Counted from the stretch's first letter, positions 13,378-26,571 are shown. The stretch: DNA of 64,000 bases from Octopus vulgaris (GCA_951406725.2 OX597814.1:109368001-109432000); one strand, 5' to 3'. Notes: generated from the sequence alone by a model not told the origin. Numbers and translations are program-made.

Positions 13378-14865
13378 CTGAACAACAGAAATACAAACAG
13401 GACCCTATTTTGAAACATTAAATATCATATCATATACAAATGATTAGACACAAATCACAACAGTCATTTTTCAGTCCTGACCCTTGTAAATTCTATATTT
13501 TAAATATTTATTCAAACACAAGGTCTGTTGTGGTGGATGGATATTGTAAGGGAGATAATCACTTCTAGATCAATCAAGACAGGACAAGAAGTTTGAATTT
13601 GAAACTGAAGAACCATGAAGATCACTGAATATCCCTTTAGCATTTAGATTATTCTATCAAATGTAATGCGTATTGACTTGTATTGAATTGATCGTGCATT
13701 GTCTCATAGCATTGATATTTTGATGATATGATTGTTTATTTTTAGATTCGGAATTTTTAATGAAATTTCTATAATTTTAAACATCGAATGGCTTTGGGGG
13801 TCCACCAGAATAAAATAGTAATGTAACGGGTCAATAGATAAAATAGGGTAGGGGTGAGAGATCACATCTAGCTGGTTTGAACATAAAACAGGTAGAATAT
13901 CTGGGCCAGGTATGGTTGGTTTAAGTGCTAAATGAACTCATTTAATTTTTTTTTCTCTCATCCATTTCAAAGACCTTAAAATTTATATCAAAAGTAGTCA
14001 TGTATAGCACCATTTCATTCTTATTTGAAATTATCAGCATGACATAACCTGAAGTAAATAAATTATACAAAATTCAACAATTACAAAGCAAGGAATTTCT
14101 TAGAGGTCGAAAACAATTACAATTTAGAAGACATTCAGGGAATGTGTGTGTGTGTGTTTTCTTTTTCTCCATAGATTATTAATAGTTCAGTAACTGAGAG
14201 AGAAGAGAGAGATATTCTTACATACAGACTAATTGCTTCCAGGAAGTTCTACCTAGCAAAAGACATTATTAAATATCAAGTTTTATTGTTTTAATTAGAT
14301 TTTATTGCTAATAATATTAGAAATGCAAGCAAAGAGCTGGCAGAACCAAGTTTCCCTCTACCAAGTAAATACACAAAGCTTTGCTCAACTCAGCGCTATA
14401 GTTGAAGACATCTACCTAAGGTGCTGCACAGTGGGACTGAACCCAAGATCACAAAGTTGGGAAGCAAGCTTCTTAATTACAAAGCCATACATGCACCTAT
14501 CCATGCCTGGGTTTATTATACAGAGACAGATACGATAGTTCTTTCCAATACGTTTTTCTTTCATTTCTAACTTTTTGCATTCATATTTCTACGTTTTCAT
14601 AAATGGGTGACTTACTTGTTGGGACAACATACTTTACTACGAATGAATGACTTTCCTATTGCTAACCACTCAACTATGAAGCAGAGAGTAAAACAGGCTT
14701 TCATCAGTCAGGCTAAATGGAGCAAGAAAGAGCATGTGCTTACCACAGTAATACAACAGCAATATTTGTAATAGTAGTAGTAGTAGTAGTAGTAGTAGAA
14801 GCATCAGCAGCATTAGTAGTATAGGACTGGTTATGTTTGTGTGGCCCTAATATTGGTTACATACT

Positions 14866-15300
14866 AAGGCAGTGAGCTGGCAGAAATGTTAGCACACAGG
14901 GCAAAATGCTTAGCAGTATTTCGTCTGCCGTAACGTTCTGAGTTAAAATTCCGCCGAGGTCAACTTTGCCTTTCATCCTTTCGGAGTCGATAAATTAAGT
15001 ACCAGTTACGCACACTGGGGTCAATGTAATCGACTTAATCCCTTTGTCTGACCTTGTTTGTCCCTTCTATGTTTAGCCCCTTGTGGGTAATAAAGAAATA
15101 AGAAACGTTAGCATGCTGGGCAAAATGCTTAGCAGTATTTGGTCTGTCTTTACGTTCTGAGTTCAAATTTTGCTGAGGTCAACTTACATCCTTTCAGGGT
15201 TGATAAGTCAAGTACCAGTTGTGTAGTGGGGTTGATCTAATTGACTGCCCCCCCCTCCCCAAAAAGTTTGGGCCTCATGCTTAGAGTAGAAAAGAATATT
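14866..15300 (+). mobile_element. Tandem pair of tRNA-derived SINEs with a Nin-like central domain. Other copies about 1475-1665, 2130-2340, 31580-31800, 52103-52335, 52960-53180, 58060-58270
   Basis: gagctggcagaa...ttctgagttcaaattcc head; gcctttcatcctttcggggtcgataaattaagtacc core resembling the Nin domain. Confidence 0.8.
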
Positions 15301-15759
15301 GGTCTCATATTTTGGCACAAGGCCAGCAAGCTCAGGGGAGGTGGGTAAGTTGATTACAATGACCCCAGTTCTCATCATCATCATTTAATGTCCGCTTTCC
15401 ATTCTGGCATGGGTTGGACGGTTTGACTGAAAACTTGTAAGCCAGGGCAGCGGGGAGTGCACCAGGTTCCAATCTGATTTGGCATAGTCTCTACAGTGTT
15501 GGGAGATCAAACAATAAAGATGGGTTTTATGAAGCTGCTTTGACATCCTTATATGAAACTGATGTCATCAATGGTGTTCCAAATGACCCTATAACCCCTA
15601 ATCAGGTAACAGGAACTACCACCACCACTCCTTACTCCTAGTCATTTCTCTATTTAATTCACAAAGAAAATAACCAAAAATATGTTTTGTCTTTTTTCTT
15701 CTCTGAAGAATTTGTTTCAATTGAAAATAATAAATGGAAGGTTTTGGAATGTTTCAGAT

Positions 15760-15995
15760 GAGGGGGAGAGTGGGGGGGGAAGAGAGGGTGAGGCTGGGTG
15801 GAAGGAAGCAGAGGGATGGGAGAATGGGAAGCAAAAAGGGAGAGGAAAACAAGGAAGTGAGGAGGAAGAAGCCAAGGCTTGTGGGAGGGGGAAGGGATAT
15901 TTGTTGGAGAAGAAGGGGGTGGGGAGGCCAAGGGCAGGAAGGAGATGCAAAGAGAGGTGAAAGGGAAGAGAGAAGTGAGGGGAGAAGGAAGAGGA
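15760..15995. repeat. Purine-rich, G-run-rich low-complexity tract
   Basis: Mostly G/A on the plus strand with several G3-G8 runs. Confidence 0.8.
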
Positions 15996-16012
15996 TAAAT
16001 TAAACTCAATAC

Positions 16013-16063
16013 CTGAGTTCCCGTCTGACTTGTGACCTTTCTTCGTCTTGTTTCCTTCACCAT
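16013..16063 (-). CDS. RNF123: RNF123 exon 19, low-complexity linker (DGEGNKTKKGHKSDGNS)
   Basis: tttcag/GTATTG; symmetric phase 1-1 and open; no recognisable conservation, so it could be a cassette exon or spurious. Confidence 0.6.
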
Positions 16064-17338
16064 CTGAAAGTGGGAAAAACAAATATATGGATTTAGTGAT
16101 TAATTTGGCACAGGATGTCGCCTGACGATTCAAAGTACTTTTTAAATGGGCTGGTTATGTGACACTGGTGTAGGCTATGGCTGTAATCCCACTTTCCTTG
16201 CGGGTCTGCTGTGATTGAGAAGACCTGGCAAGGAAAGTGAGATCACAGCCATAGCCCATTTAAAAAGTACCTTTGAATCGTCAGGCGACATGCCGTGCTT
16301 GAAGAGACCGATTGAGTCAAGTAAAATCAAAATTAAAATCAAAACCAAAAATCAAATGGGAATTGTAGTTGTGGCCGATGCCAACGCCGCCTGGCAGGCT
16401 CCCGTGCTGGTGGCACACAATAAGCACCATTCATGCATAGATCGTTGTGTTTGTTCCACGACCATCGCAACAACTAATGTGGTGTGTTTACACCCTCATA
16501 ACTTAGTGGTTCAGCAAAAGAGACTGATAGAATAAGTACCAGGTTTACAAAGACTAAGCCCTGGGGTCAATTTCTTCGACTAAAAGGCAGTGCTCCAGCA
16601 TGGCCGCAGTCAAACAACTGAAATAAATAAAGGAATAAAAGAATACACTCCACTCCCCTCCCAATTGAGGGGGTCTTTGTCTTGGAAGTTACATGGTGAC
16701 CTCACCGATGCTGATGCCACATAAATAGCACCCAGTACACTCTGTGAAGTGGTTGGCCTCAGGAAGGGCTTTCAGCCACAGAGATCTTGTCAAAACAGTG
16801 GGGCTTGGCACAATCCTTTACCTTGCCAGCTGCTGTCAAACCATGCAACCTACTCCAGCATGGAAAACAGATGTTAAATGGTGATAAAAATCATCATTAT
16901 ATTTCCACTTTTCGTGCTGGCATGGGTGGGTTGAACTGTATGCGAGTGAATATATATATATATATTTTCTTTTGCACTTATTGGCTTCTTCTTCTCTGCC
17001 AAGAATTCACAATGACCTCGAAACCACAAGAGCAAACAAGAGAGACAGAGACAGGCAGAAACAAGGAAAATGCCCCTTGTATTTGAATACTACACAAATA
17101 TTCTTTTAAAAAACTTTTCATTTAATTTTCCCAAACAAAACTTAATTGTTTTCCATACTTAGAGTTGAAAAAGTTTCACTGACTGAAACCGGTACTAAAA
17201 TGTTTTTTATGATAAAATCATTTTAGCATTTTCTACCTTGACTTTTTTCCTTATACATATCAACTCGGGTGTTCCTTTTCAACCTGAAAAGTTCGGTGTG
17301 TGGTAAAGTGAATTCTTTTACTTTACCATATTTTTATA

Positions 17339-17365
<27 letters not shown>

Positions 17366-17373
<8 letters not shown>

Positions 17374-17836
17374 ATAGAGGGCATTATTACACATAAATGC
17401 CTCACACTAAGAGGGACAAAGTCATTACTACCAAAATTATACTAATCATACCCAAATGCAGTTTTTCAAAGCAAGACATTTAAAAATGAATTTAGTTCTG
17501 TATCACCGTGATTTCACATTCAACTTACGTCTTATGATCATCAGCAGAACTGATGTGAAATCACGGTGATACAGAACTAAATTCATTTTTTAAATGTCTT
17601 GCTTTGAAAAACTGCATTTGGGTATGATTAGTATAATTTTGGTAGTAATGACTTTGTCCCTCTTAGTGTGAGGCATTTATGTGTAATAATGCCCTCTATA
17701 CAATATAGATATAATTAATTTGTTCAAGAGAAAAAAAATTATTTTCGAATTCTTTTCTTTTATGAGGTTTTCACGCTAACTACCCGATAATTTCTTGTTA
17801 AGATCCCTTATTAAGAGGTTATCCTTAATTGTTAAA

Positions 17837-17838
<2 letters not shown>
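17366..17838. mobile_element. Fold-back Penelope-type terminal remnant: ~154 bp near-perfect inverted repeat (17366-17519 / 17553-17707) plus a ~130 bp extension, between (TA)n tracts
   Basis: Arms are reverse complements apart from about one indel; hammerhead at the inversion point. Confidence 0.75.
17494..17551 (-). ncRNA. Type I hammerhead ribozyme motif with partly decayed stem II
   Basis: AGTTCTG-CTGATGA-tcat...atgt-GAAA-TCAC-g-GTGA-TA-CAGAACT; perfect 7-bp stem I. Confidence 0.72.
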
Positions 17839-17912
<74 letters not shown>

Positions 17913-18331
17913 TAGTCACAACAAAATAGCAAGCATAGTATCAAAAACATATAAAAACAAAATTGTAACAAAGAAATAAATTTAATCTACCATTTAAATG
18001 ACAAAAGGGCTTCTGAATCATTACTGTAGAATAAGTTTTGTAACTTCTGGTAATGTAAAACTAAAAATGTAGGTTTAAAGTCATCAAATGTCACATACAA
18101 CTTGTCCTTAAAGCAACCTAGTGACACAATGACAGGTATAAATGACTTGTGTTTGATATCAAATGTCTAATGACCTGTGCAAATGACCTGTGTTTGATAC
18201 CAAATATCTAACGTCTAATAATGCCCATAACGTTATAATTATAATATTATAATGTTATACTTATAATAATATTATATCATTATAATAATGGTAACAATAA
18301 TGCTTATTAATAAGAAAGAGAAATAACTCAC

Positions 18332-18433
18332 CAGATAATGTTCGTTGTAAATGAGATAGTAATCCACCACACCTTTGAAAGTCTAAGTTATCACGGCCAG
18401 GTTTCTTGAATTCACATATAGGCATGTAAGCTT
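18332..18433 (-). CDS. RNF123: RNF123 exon 18 (EAYMPICEFKKPGRDNLDFQRCGGLLSHLQRTLS)
   Basis: tacag/GTGAGT; DxQRxGGLLSHL motif. Confidence 0.95.
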
Positions 18434-18543
18434 CTGTAAAACGATTAAACGTTGATAATACATTAGAACTTAATTATAATTTTACCAGGAATTATTATTA
18501 TTCAGATCAACAGCAACAAATTAACATCTGTTTTTTGTATCTA

Positions 18544-19493
18544 TCAGGTCATCCCATAAGTTCTGTCCGATTTTACTTTTTTTAAAATTGAATGAAATTT
18601 AATAGTATTTTGGAATGTCTAATGGAATTATTTTACAGAATAATAGAATTAAAATTTCTTTGATTAAAACCCTTTCTAACATGGAAGTATTCAAAGATCA
18701 TTTGAGGCACATAATACTTTATGAGTACGAAAAAGGAAACCCTGCAGCCGAAGCGACTCAAAACATACACTCAGTTTATGGGAAAGAATGCTTGAATGAA
18801 AGAACTTGCAGAAGATGGTTTGCAAAATTCAGAAATGGAGATTTCAGCCTTGAAGATGAAAATTGAACAGGACATCCAGTTGAGTTTGATGATAGGCTCC
18901 TTGAGGCATTACTTGAAGAAAATCTTGCATTATCAGTTGAAGAATTGGCAATAAAACTTAATTCAAACCATAGAACTGTTCATCGTCATCTTCAACAACT
19001 TGGAAAGGTTCCCAAACTTGAAAAATGAGTTTACTGTCAGCAATTAGAGCGTTTGAACCAAGCTTTGAAGAAAAAAAAACCCGCTTTAGTGAATCAAAAA
19101 GGAGTGATGTTTCATCAGGACAATGCGTGACCCCACACTGCAAAGATTACATCACAGAAGATTGAAGAGCTTGGTTGGGGAAAAATTCCTCATCCACCTT
19201 ATTCTCCCGACCTTGCTCCTTCAGACTACCATTTCTTTCATAGTTTACAGAATCATTTGGGGGACATAACTTTTGGAAGCCAGGAGGAGGTCGAAACTGA
19301 CATTTCAGAGTTCTTCGCTTTGAAACCAAAAGAGTTTTACATTGATGGGATTAAAAAGCTTGTAAATAGATGGAAGGAAGTCATAGATAATCAGGGAAAG
19401 TACATTGATGATGATTAAATTTCAGTTAAATATAACATCTGATCACTTGTTTTCTTTATTCAAAATTCGGACAGAACTTATGGGATGACCTGA
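18544..19493 (+). mobile_element. Internally deleted mariner (DD34D-type) transposon
   Basis: TIR tcaggtcatcccataagttctgtccga with TA on both sides; remnants HLRHIILYEY, RRWFAKFRNGDFSLEDE, HQDNA, HPPYSPDLAPSDYHFF; stops; the first catalytic Asp region is missing. Confidence 0.95.
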
Positions 19494-19519
19494 TACATCA
19501 GAGTGAATGTGAGATATTC

Positions 19520-19915
19520 ATTGTGTACCAGTGTCATATTCAAAGTCACAGGTATGTTACTAATGCTATAAAAAATAGTGCTATACGACTCCCTTGTATG
19601 TCACTAGAGTCATACAGTCACTCATATGCTAGTAGTGATATACAGAGTCACTTGTATGTCACTAGTTATACAGAGTCACTGGTATGTTACTAATGCTATA
19701 AAAAGTCACTGGTATGTTAGTAGTGCTACACAGTCCCTTGTATATCACAAGAGTCATACAGAGTTACTAGTATGTTAGCAGTGCTATACAGAGCCCCTTG
19801 CATGTCACTCGAGTTATACAGAGTCATTGGTATGTAAGTAGTGCTATACAGAGTCCCCTGTATACAACTAGTGCTATACAATATCCTTGATATGTTATTA
19901 GTTCTACACAGTGTC
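19520..19915. repeat. Minisatellite, ~30 bp unit (ctagtgctatacagagtcactggtatgtta) with two alternating variants
   Basis: About 12-13 degenerate adjacent units read directly. Confidence 0.85.
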
Positions 19916-21288
19916 CTTAGCTATGGGTGTAGCCAGAAAAATAATGGACTAATCTAGATTGATTTGCCATGGATGAAGATGAAGTATTAGTAGGAACCTC
20001 CTTCAAAATATTTGAAATCATCTACAGTGCAGGAGATTAGATATGACTAGTTTTCACAACTATGCTGAGTGGATTCACAGGTCTTCTATAATCTATCTTA
20101 TATTAATAACACACAAGAAGGATAGTCATTGAAATGGTAGGAATGTCTAGCAAAGTGGCCCATGCACTAGCGACTTGTATAGTCAGTCATAGCGCAGGAA
20201 GGGGTCACTCCTCAGGAGTGGTGTAACAACATCAACTGCGACAAAGGCAATGGAGATACTCTAGAAAGGATAGAAAACAGAGGTATGAAACTGATGGACG
20301 AAATTATGAAGGTTATGGAAAGAGTTATAGCACACACACAAACATGCACGCACGCACATGCACACACAATGAACTTCTACAGTTGCTGTGTACCAGTTTC
20401 TATCACATGGCATTGCTTGGTTGGCGGCTATAATAGAAGACATTTGAGGTAGACTGGGACTGAATCCATAACATTGTGGTCACAAAGTGTACTTTTTAAC
20501 CACTCAGCTGTGTCTGTGCCTACCAACTGTAGAGATTAAAAGAACTTAAGACTCCAAAGAAACCAATTATGTCATCATCATTGCTTAACGTCCGCTTTCC
20601 ATGTTGGCATGGGTTGGATGGTTTGATTGAGGACTGGCAAGCCAGAAGGCTGCACCAGGCACCAATCTGATCTGTCAAGGTTTCTACAGCTCTTCCTAAC
20701 GCCAACCACTCCAAGAGCGTAGTGGGTGCTATTTATGTGTCACCAGCATGGGTGCCAGTCAGGCAGTACTGGCATCGACCATGCTTGAATGGTGCTTTTT
20801 ATGTGCCACTGGTACAGGCGACAGCAAAAACAAATTAATAGAAGTCATAAATTATCAAAGAGGCTCTTTGCCTGAAACTTTAGAATTCATCATTACTCTC
20901 AGGAGAAATTTATTCTATTTTACCCAATTTTTGTTGTAGTGATTACAATATTGGTAAAATGGCCAGACAAAGTGGACTAAGACAATCTTCCTCACTAATC
21001 ATCATCATTTAATGTCAGTTGTCGATGCTGGCATCTGACTACATGGTTTGACAGAAGCTGGCAAGCCAGAGAGTTGCACCAGGCTCTAAATGTCTGCTTT
21101 GTCATGATTTCTACAGCTGGTTGCCCTTCCTAATTCCAACCACTTTACAGAGTGTACCGGGTGCTTTATATGTGACACCAGCACCAAGAGGGTTACTGAG
21201 CAACTTGCAAGTTAAAAACCCCTCGGCTGGGAGGAGAGTATTAGTAGTGAAAGAGTGACTTTGTGCCAGTTGATAAGGGACAGGCATA

Positions 21289-21732
21289 CCGTAAATCCTT
21301 GAGTACAATACGCAGGGGATTTTTTGGGGGCTGTACCTCTGAAAAACCTAAACCTTGTGTATAATACACACCCCTTCTCTAACTTGAGTCAAGGAGGTCT
21401 ATATAACGTCCTCAGTTTGTAAAAATGTGTACGGTAACGTCTTTTATTAATATTGTTTATATAACATAATGCAAACGTGTAGCTTTTTTGTGCATTTTGT
21501 TTACAAAAAATAAAGAAATAAATGTTGTTAACTGCAAGTTATGGATGATTTAAGGTATATTCGCGCCCGACATCACAAAATGTGTTTGAATAAACATTGC
21601 TGGACAGCAAATAGAGACTCGGACATTGCTTAGAAAATAATTTTCATTTTTAACCTCGTATATAGTACACACTAGGGATTTTGACCTTTAAATTTTGGGA
21701 AAAAAATGCGGATTATACTCGAGGATTTACAG
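21289..21732. mobile_element. Tc1/mariner-pogo-type MITE
   Basis: TA|ccgtaaatccttgagtacaatacgca ... tgcggattatactcgaggatttacag|TA imperfect TIRs. Confidence 0.85.
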
Positions 21733-21881
21733 TAGGTGTCCAGCTATAGAATAGATACATGAATATTCCCTTTGGAAAGGGTTACAATATTGGTAAAATT
21801 ACTAAAGAAGCAGGACTAAAACTATCTTCCCCACTCAATGTTTGTTGATGCAGTTGAAGAAGAAATACTGAAAATGAATAC

Positions 21882-22008
21882 CTGAACTTGGCAAAAATTT
21901 CACTGTGTCTTGTTGAGCATAAAAATCCCAATAATATCGTAAAGCTTGGATGAGTCGATGGAAGAAACACAGACTAACAGGTAAAGGGCACGTATTGATT
22001 GGATGTAA
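21882..22008 (-). CDS. RNF123: RNF123 exon 17 (LHPINTCPLPVSLCFFHRLIQALRYYWDFYAQQDTVKFLPSS)
   Basis: ttcag/GTATTC; CFxHRLIxALRYYWD motif. Confidence 0.96.
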
Positions 22009-23540
22009 CTGAAAATAAATGAATAAAAATAAACAATTGCAAAAATAAACACAAAAAGAATTATGGCTGTGTTGTGTGAAGCTGTGACAGAACAGAAACA
22101 AACTTTGACTCAATTCAGATACGTTTAGGACATGTAAAGGGTTTTTCACTGCAGTTTGGTAGGGGAGAAAAATTCTTCCTTTTGACCCTTGTGGGGTCCA
22201 TCTAAGATTTTGTTGCTAAAATTTATGTGCAATAAGTTGGTTATACTTTTACAATACGCAAAATATATTAATTTTTTAAATATAATTCCTAATAATATTT
22301 AATCCTAAAAATACTTTTGAAATATCAAGTGGTTCTGGGGGTCATCATCATCATTATCGTTTAATATTTGCTTTCCATGCTGGCATGGGTTGGACGGTTT
22401 GACTGAGGGCTGGCAAGCAAGGAGGCTGCACCAGGCTCCAATCCGATTTGGTAATATTTCTACAGCTGGATGCCCTTCCTAATGCCAACCACTCCCAGAG
22501 TATAGTGGGTGCTTTTTACGTGCCACTGGCATGAGGGCCAGTCAGATGGTACTGGCATCACCCACGCTTGAATGATGCTTTTTATGTGCCACTGGTACGG
22601 AACCCAGTCTGGCAGCACTGGCAACGAGCATGCTCAAATGGTGCATTTTACATGCCACTGGCACAGGATCAGTCCACCTGAATAAAACAAGAATCAAAGG
22701 GGTCCACAGATAAAAAAAAGGTAGTAGATGCATCTACCCTCCCATAGAGGGTGCTTTAGGTTAGCAATAATGTTCTGACACTTTTTTGTCTAAAGTGAGG
22801 ATTTTTCTCCAGAACAAAACTTCAGTGAAAAGGCATTTACAGGTTTACATATGTCCCTAACATATTAAAAATTATCTAAAGTTTGTTTATAAAAAAAAAA
22901 ATTAATACAAATTGAGATTGCTTTAAAAAGATAGACATGGTAAAGTACAGGTAGCCATCATTAAGAGTAGATATATCACTTGGTAGCATGTACCATGCTT
23001 TTACTATTTGTTTTAGGTGCCTGTGTGATCATGAGTACACCTCCCTTTGGTCCAGAGGAACAATTAGGATATGACAGCTGAAGGGGAGAGAGAGAGGGGG
23101 AGAGAGAGAGGGAGAGAGAGAGAGGATGAGATATCAGCATCCTGTAGGTACTCATTAGAGCAATGTGAAATGAAGTGCCTTGCTCAAAGACCATGCACTG
23201 CCCAGTACCGGAACTGAACCCACGGCCTTATGACCATGAGCCAAGCACTCTGACCACTAAGCCATGTGCCTAGTGGTTATATATTACACATATGCCAAAA
23301 CACAGAATGCTGGTTCTTCTTTTTCAAAGCATTTCTTCAGTCAGATCAGATAATAAAAGTGATGGTGAGAGAAAAAAGTAAATTATTTCAATAACTTGGT
23401 CACAGTTAAACTTTTATAGTTTATTAATTTTGCCGAGGAACAAAGGTCAATGTGTATGAGAAACATCAAATGTAATAAATAAATGGTTATGCATTATCTA
23501 TAACGATAGATGGTTTTATAATTTAACTGAAACAACCTAC

Positions 23541-23615
23541 CCTGGTACCAGCATTTTCTTTCAAGAAAGCTCGGAACTTTTCCAAAAATAAATCCCTTGA
23601 TGTTTTGCCTTGTGG
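23541..23615 (-). CDS. RNF123: RNF123 exon 16 ([25 protein letters not shown])
   Basis: tccag/GTAGGT; resembles human SRYIFLTKFRKFLQENA. Confidence 0.93.
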
Positions 23616-23671
23616 CTGGAAACGAAGTGTATTATTACATTTTTGCATACATAGAATGGTAGTTGATACAA

Positions 23672-24256
23672 TACACATATATATATATACACACACACAC
23701 ACACATACATACGTATATATATACACACATATATATACATACATACATATACACACATATATATATACATACATACATATACATACATATGTATACATGC
23801 ATACATATACACACATATATATACATGCATACATATACACACATATATACATACATACATATATACACACACATATACATACATATATACATACATATAT
23901 ATATATATATATACATACATATATACATACATATATATATACATACATGTACATATATATACATACATACATACATACATACACATACATATATATATAT
24001 ATACATACATATATATATACATACATATATACATACATATATATATATACATACATATATACATACATATATATATATACATACATACATATACATATAT
24101 ATACATACATATACATATATATATACATACATAAATACATATATATATACATATATATATATACACATATATATACACATATATATATGTATACATATAT
24201 ATATATACATACATATATATACACATATATATATATATACATACATATATATACAC

Positions 24257-24289
<33 letters not shown>

Positions 24290-24314
24290 CATACATAGAT
24301 ATATGCACATACAT

Positions 24315-24351
<37 letters not shown>

Positions 24352-24354
24352 TAT

Positions 24355-24403
<49 letters not shown>

Positions 24404-24463
24404 CATATGCATACATATACATACATATATATACATAAATACACATACATACATACATATATA
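23672..24463. repeat. ~800 bp compound (TA)/(CA)/(TACA) microsatellite; similar tracts at 5270-5590, 17839-17912, 28484-28660, 37090-37378, 43150-43345, 49408-49500, 54388-54535, 55105-55176
   Basis: Direct reading. Confidence 0.97.
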
Positions 24464-26260
24464 TAAAAGAAGAAAATGGAGATTGTGAAGTTAATAAGAG
24501 TTTATTATTAACAACAAATTGAACATCATCCTTTACAGCTGCTTCAATTATACAGTGAATATATATATACCTATTATTTTAAGGAATCAAATCCCCACAA
24601 AAAATTAGGTAGTGAGCCAGTACTTCCTTGGATGACACCATCCCTTCACGAGGCTAACATAACCTCTAATCAAATTTTATATATGTATATAATTATTACC
24701 ATGTTTATATATAGTCATTACTGTTATTATTATTATTATTATTATTATAATGGCAGTTGATGCAAACACACACACATATATAGTAGTCTTATTTTTACGT
24801 ATGTGCTGGTGCCAGTGATGGCACTACATATAAAGAAAACCATGTTGGTGCCACACAAAAAGCACCTATGCTGGTGTTATGTAGAAAGCACCCAGTACAA
24901 TCTCTAAAGTGGTTGGCATTAGGAAGGGTGTCCAGCTGTAGAGACCCTGCCAAAACTGACAACTGGGACCTGGTGCAGCTGACATTAGACTGCAGCCAAT
25001 GCTGGGGCACTGCCTTGAAGGTAGTCATACGAATCAATCTCCGTACTTATTCTTAAGTCTTGTACTCGTTCTCTTTTGCTGAACTGCTATGTTACAGGGA
25101 CATAAACACAACAACACCTGTCATCAAACAGTGCTGGGGTGCAAACAGATATAAAAACACAGACACACACATGTCCATACAACAGGTTTCTTTCAGTTTC
25201 CATCAGCCAAATCCACTCACAAGGCTTTGATCGGTTTGAAGGTTATAGAGACACTCACCCAAGATACCATGCAATGCGGCTGAACGCAGAACTGTGTGGT
25301 TGGGAAGCAAGCTTCTTACCAAACATCCACACCTGAGTTTAAAATAATTGGTGCACAGGCTCATTTGGGATTCTAAACCAAGACCTCTTGCACCCAAAGT
25401 AAGAATGTAGACTTTAAAAAATAAGTAGTTTGGTTGTTTTGTTCAACTTGTCATCATCATCATCATCCTCATCCTTTAACATCTGTTTTCCATGCTGGCA
25501 TGGCTTGGACGGTTTGACTGAGGGCTGGTGAGCCAGAAGGCTGCACCAGGCTACAATCTGATCTGGCAAAGTTTCTACAGCTGGATACCCTTCCTAATGC
25601 CAACCACTCCGAGAGTGTAGTGGGTGCTTTTATGTGCCACCAGCACGAGGGCCAGTCAGGCAGTTTTGGCAACGACCATGCTCAAAAGGTGGTTTTTATG
25701 TGCCACCTGCATGGGAGCCAGTCCAGCGACACTGGCAACGACCACACTCAAATGTTGTTTGCCATGTGCCAGTAAGGCGATGCTGGCAATGATCATGCTC
25801 GAATGGTGCTTTTTATGTGCCACCAGCACGGGAGCCTGTCAGCGACCCTCGCAACGATCATGCTCGGGTACGCAATGATTGCTCCAGCACGGTTACAGTC
25901 CAATGACTAGAACAAGTAAAAGATAAAAAAAAAAGGTTCTTTTGTGAATATGTGAATTTGAATATGCAAAAACGAGTTATGTTATAAGAAATATGGGAAA
26001 AGGCTCTTCACATAAAAGTTTTCTAAAAAACAATTTAAAAAATCCCTATCTACCTGTAAGTTAGGTTCTAACAATGTGGACTAAAAATCATGGTGTTGAT
26101 TATACAAAATAACATAAAAAAGACAAAGAAACAAGTATTAAAATTTGATAATTAGTTGTATTGCTGGCCACATTCGAATATGAATGACAAATGCAAAAAA
26201 TCATTTGTTTAAAAAGAAATAATTATACTTTGACGATCAGAATGAAATATCTGTCCATAC

Positions 26261-26322
26261 CTCTTTCTTGTCATCGTGAATTAATAACACTTTCAGCATT
26301 TCTACTTGCAATCTTTCAATCT
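26261..26322 (-). CDS. RNF123: RNF123 exon 15 (EIERLQVEMLKVLLIHDDKKE)
   Basis: tgcag/GTATGG; resembles human VEELQVQILKLLL. Confidence 0.92.
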
Positions 26323-26477
26323 CTGCAAAAGACGTTAAATATTTCAGCTTAAAATATGGAAACTGGGATAATATTCTAGTCAAACATTCCAACCCATGCC
26401 AGCATGGAAAATGGATGCTAAATGATGATGATGATGGTGATGATGAGATAAAAATGTCAGTTAGGTAAGACAATTAC

Positions 26478-26571
26478 CTTCAATTTTATTTTTCAGCTGT
26501 TCACATGACGCTAGATAAGCTTGTTTATCTTCTTCTTCCTTATGAGTCTGTGGCTGTAATACTGTACCTTC
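26478..26571 (-). CDS. RNF123: RNF123 exon 14 (EGTVLQPQTHKEEEDKQAYLASCEQLKNKIE)
   Basis: ttcag/GTAATT; resembles human AYERGCQRLRKRIE. Confidence 0.9.

Noticed and set aside
15659-16133. Pro/Ser- and Gly/Glu-rich ORFs
   Set aside because: Translations of the purine/pyrimidine tract; only 16013-16063 has splice signals
19520-19915. ~30 bp periodic repeats suggestive of a CRISPR array
   Set aside because: No unique spacers, degenerate adjacent units, eukaryotic intron, no cas genes
23523-24488. Six long ORFs of 211-311 aa rich in Y/I/M/C/H/T
   Set aside because: Translations of (TA)/(CA) microsatellite; only 23541-23615 is a real exon. The same applies to ORFs at 5216-5704, 37016-37610, 43050-43519 and 54375-55307
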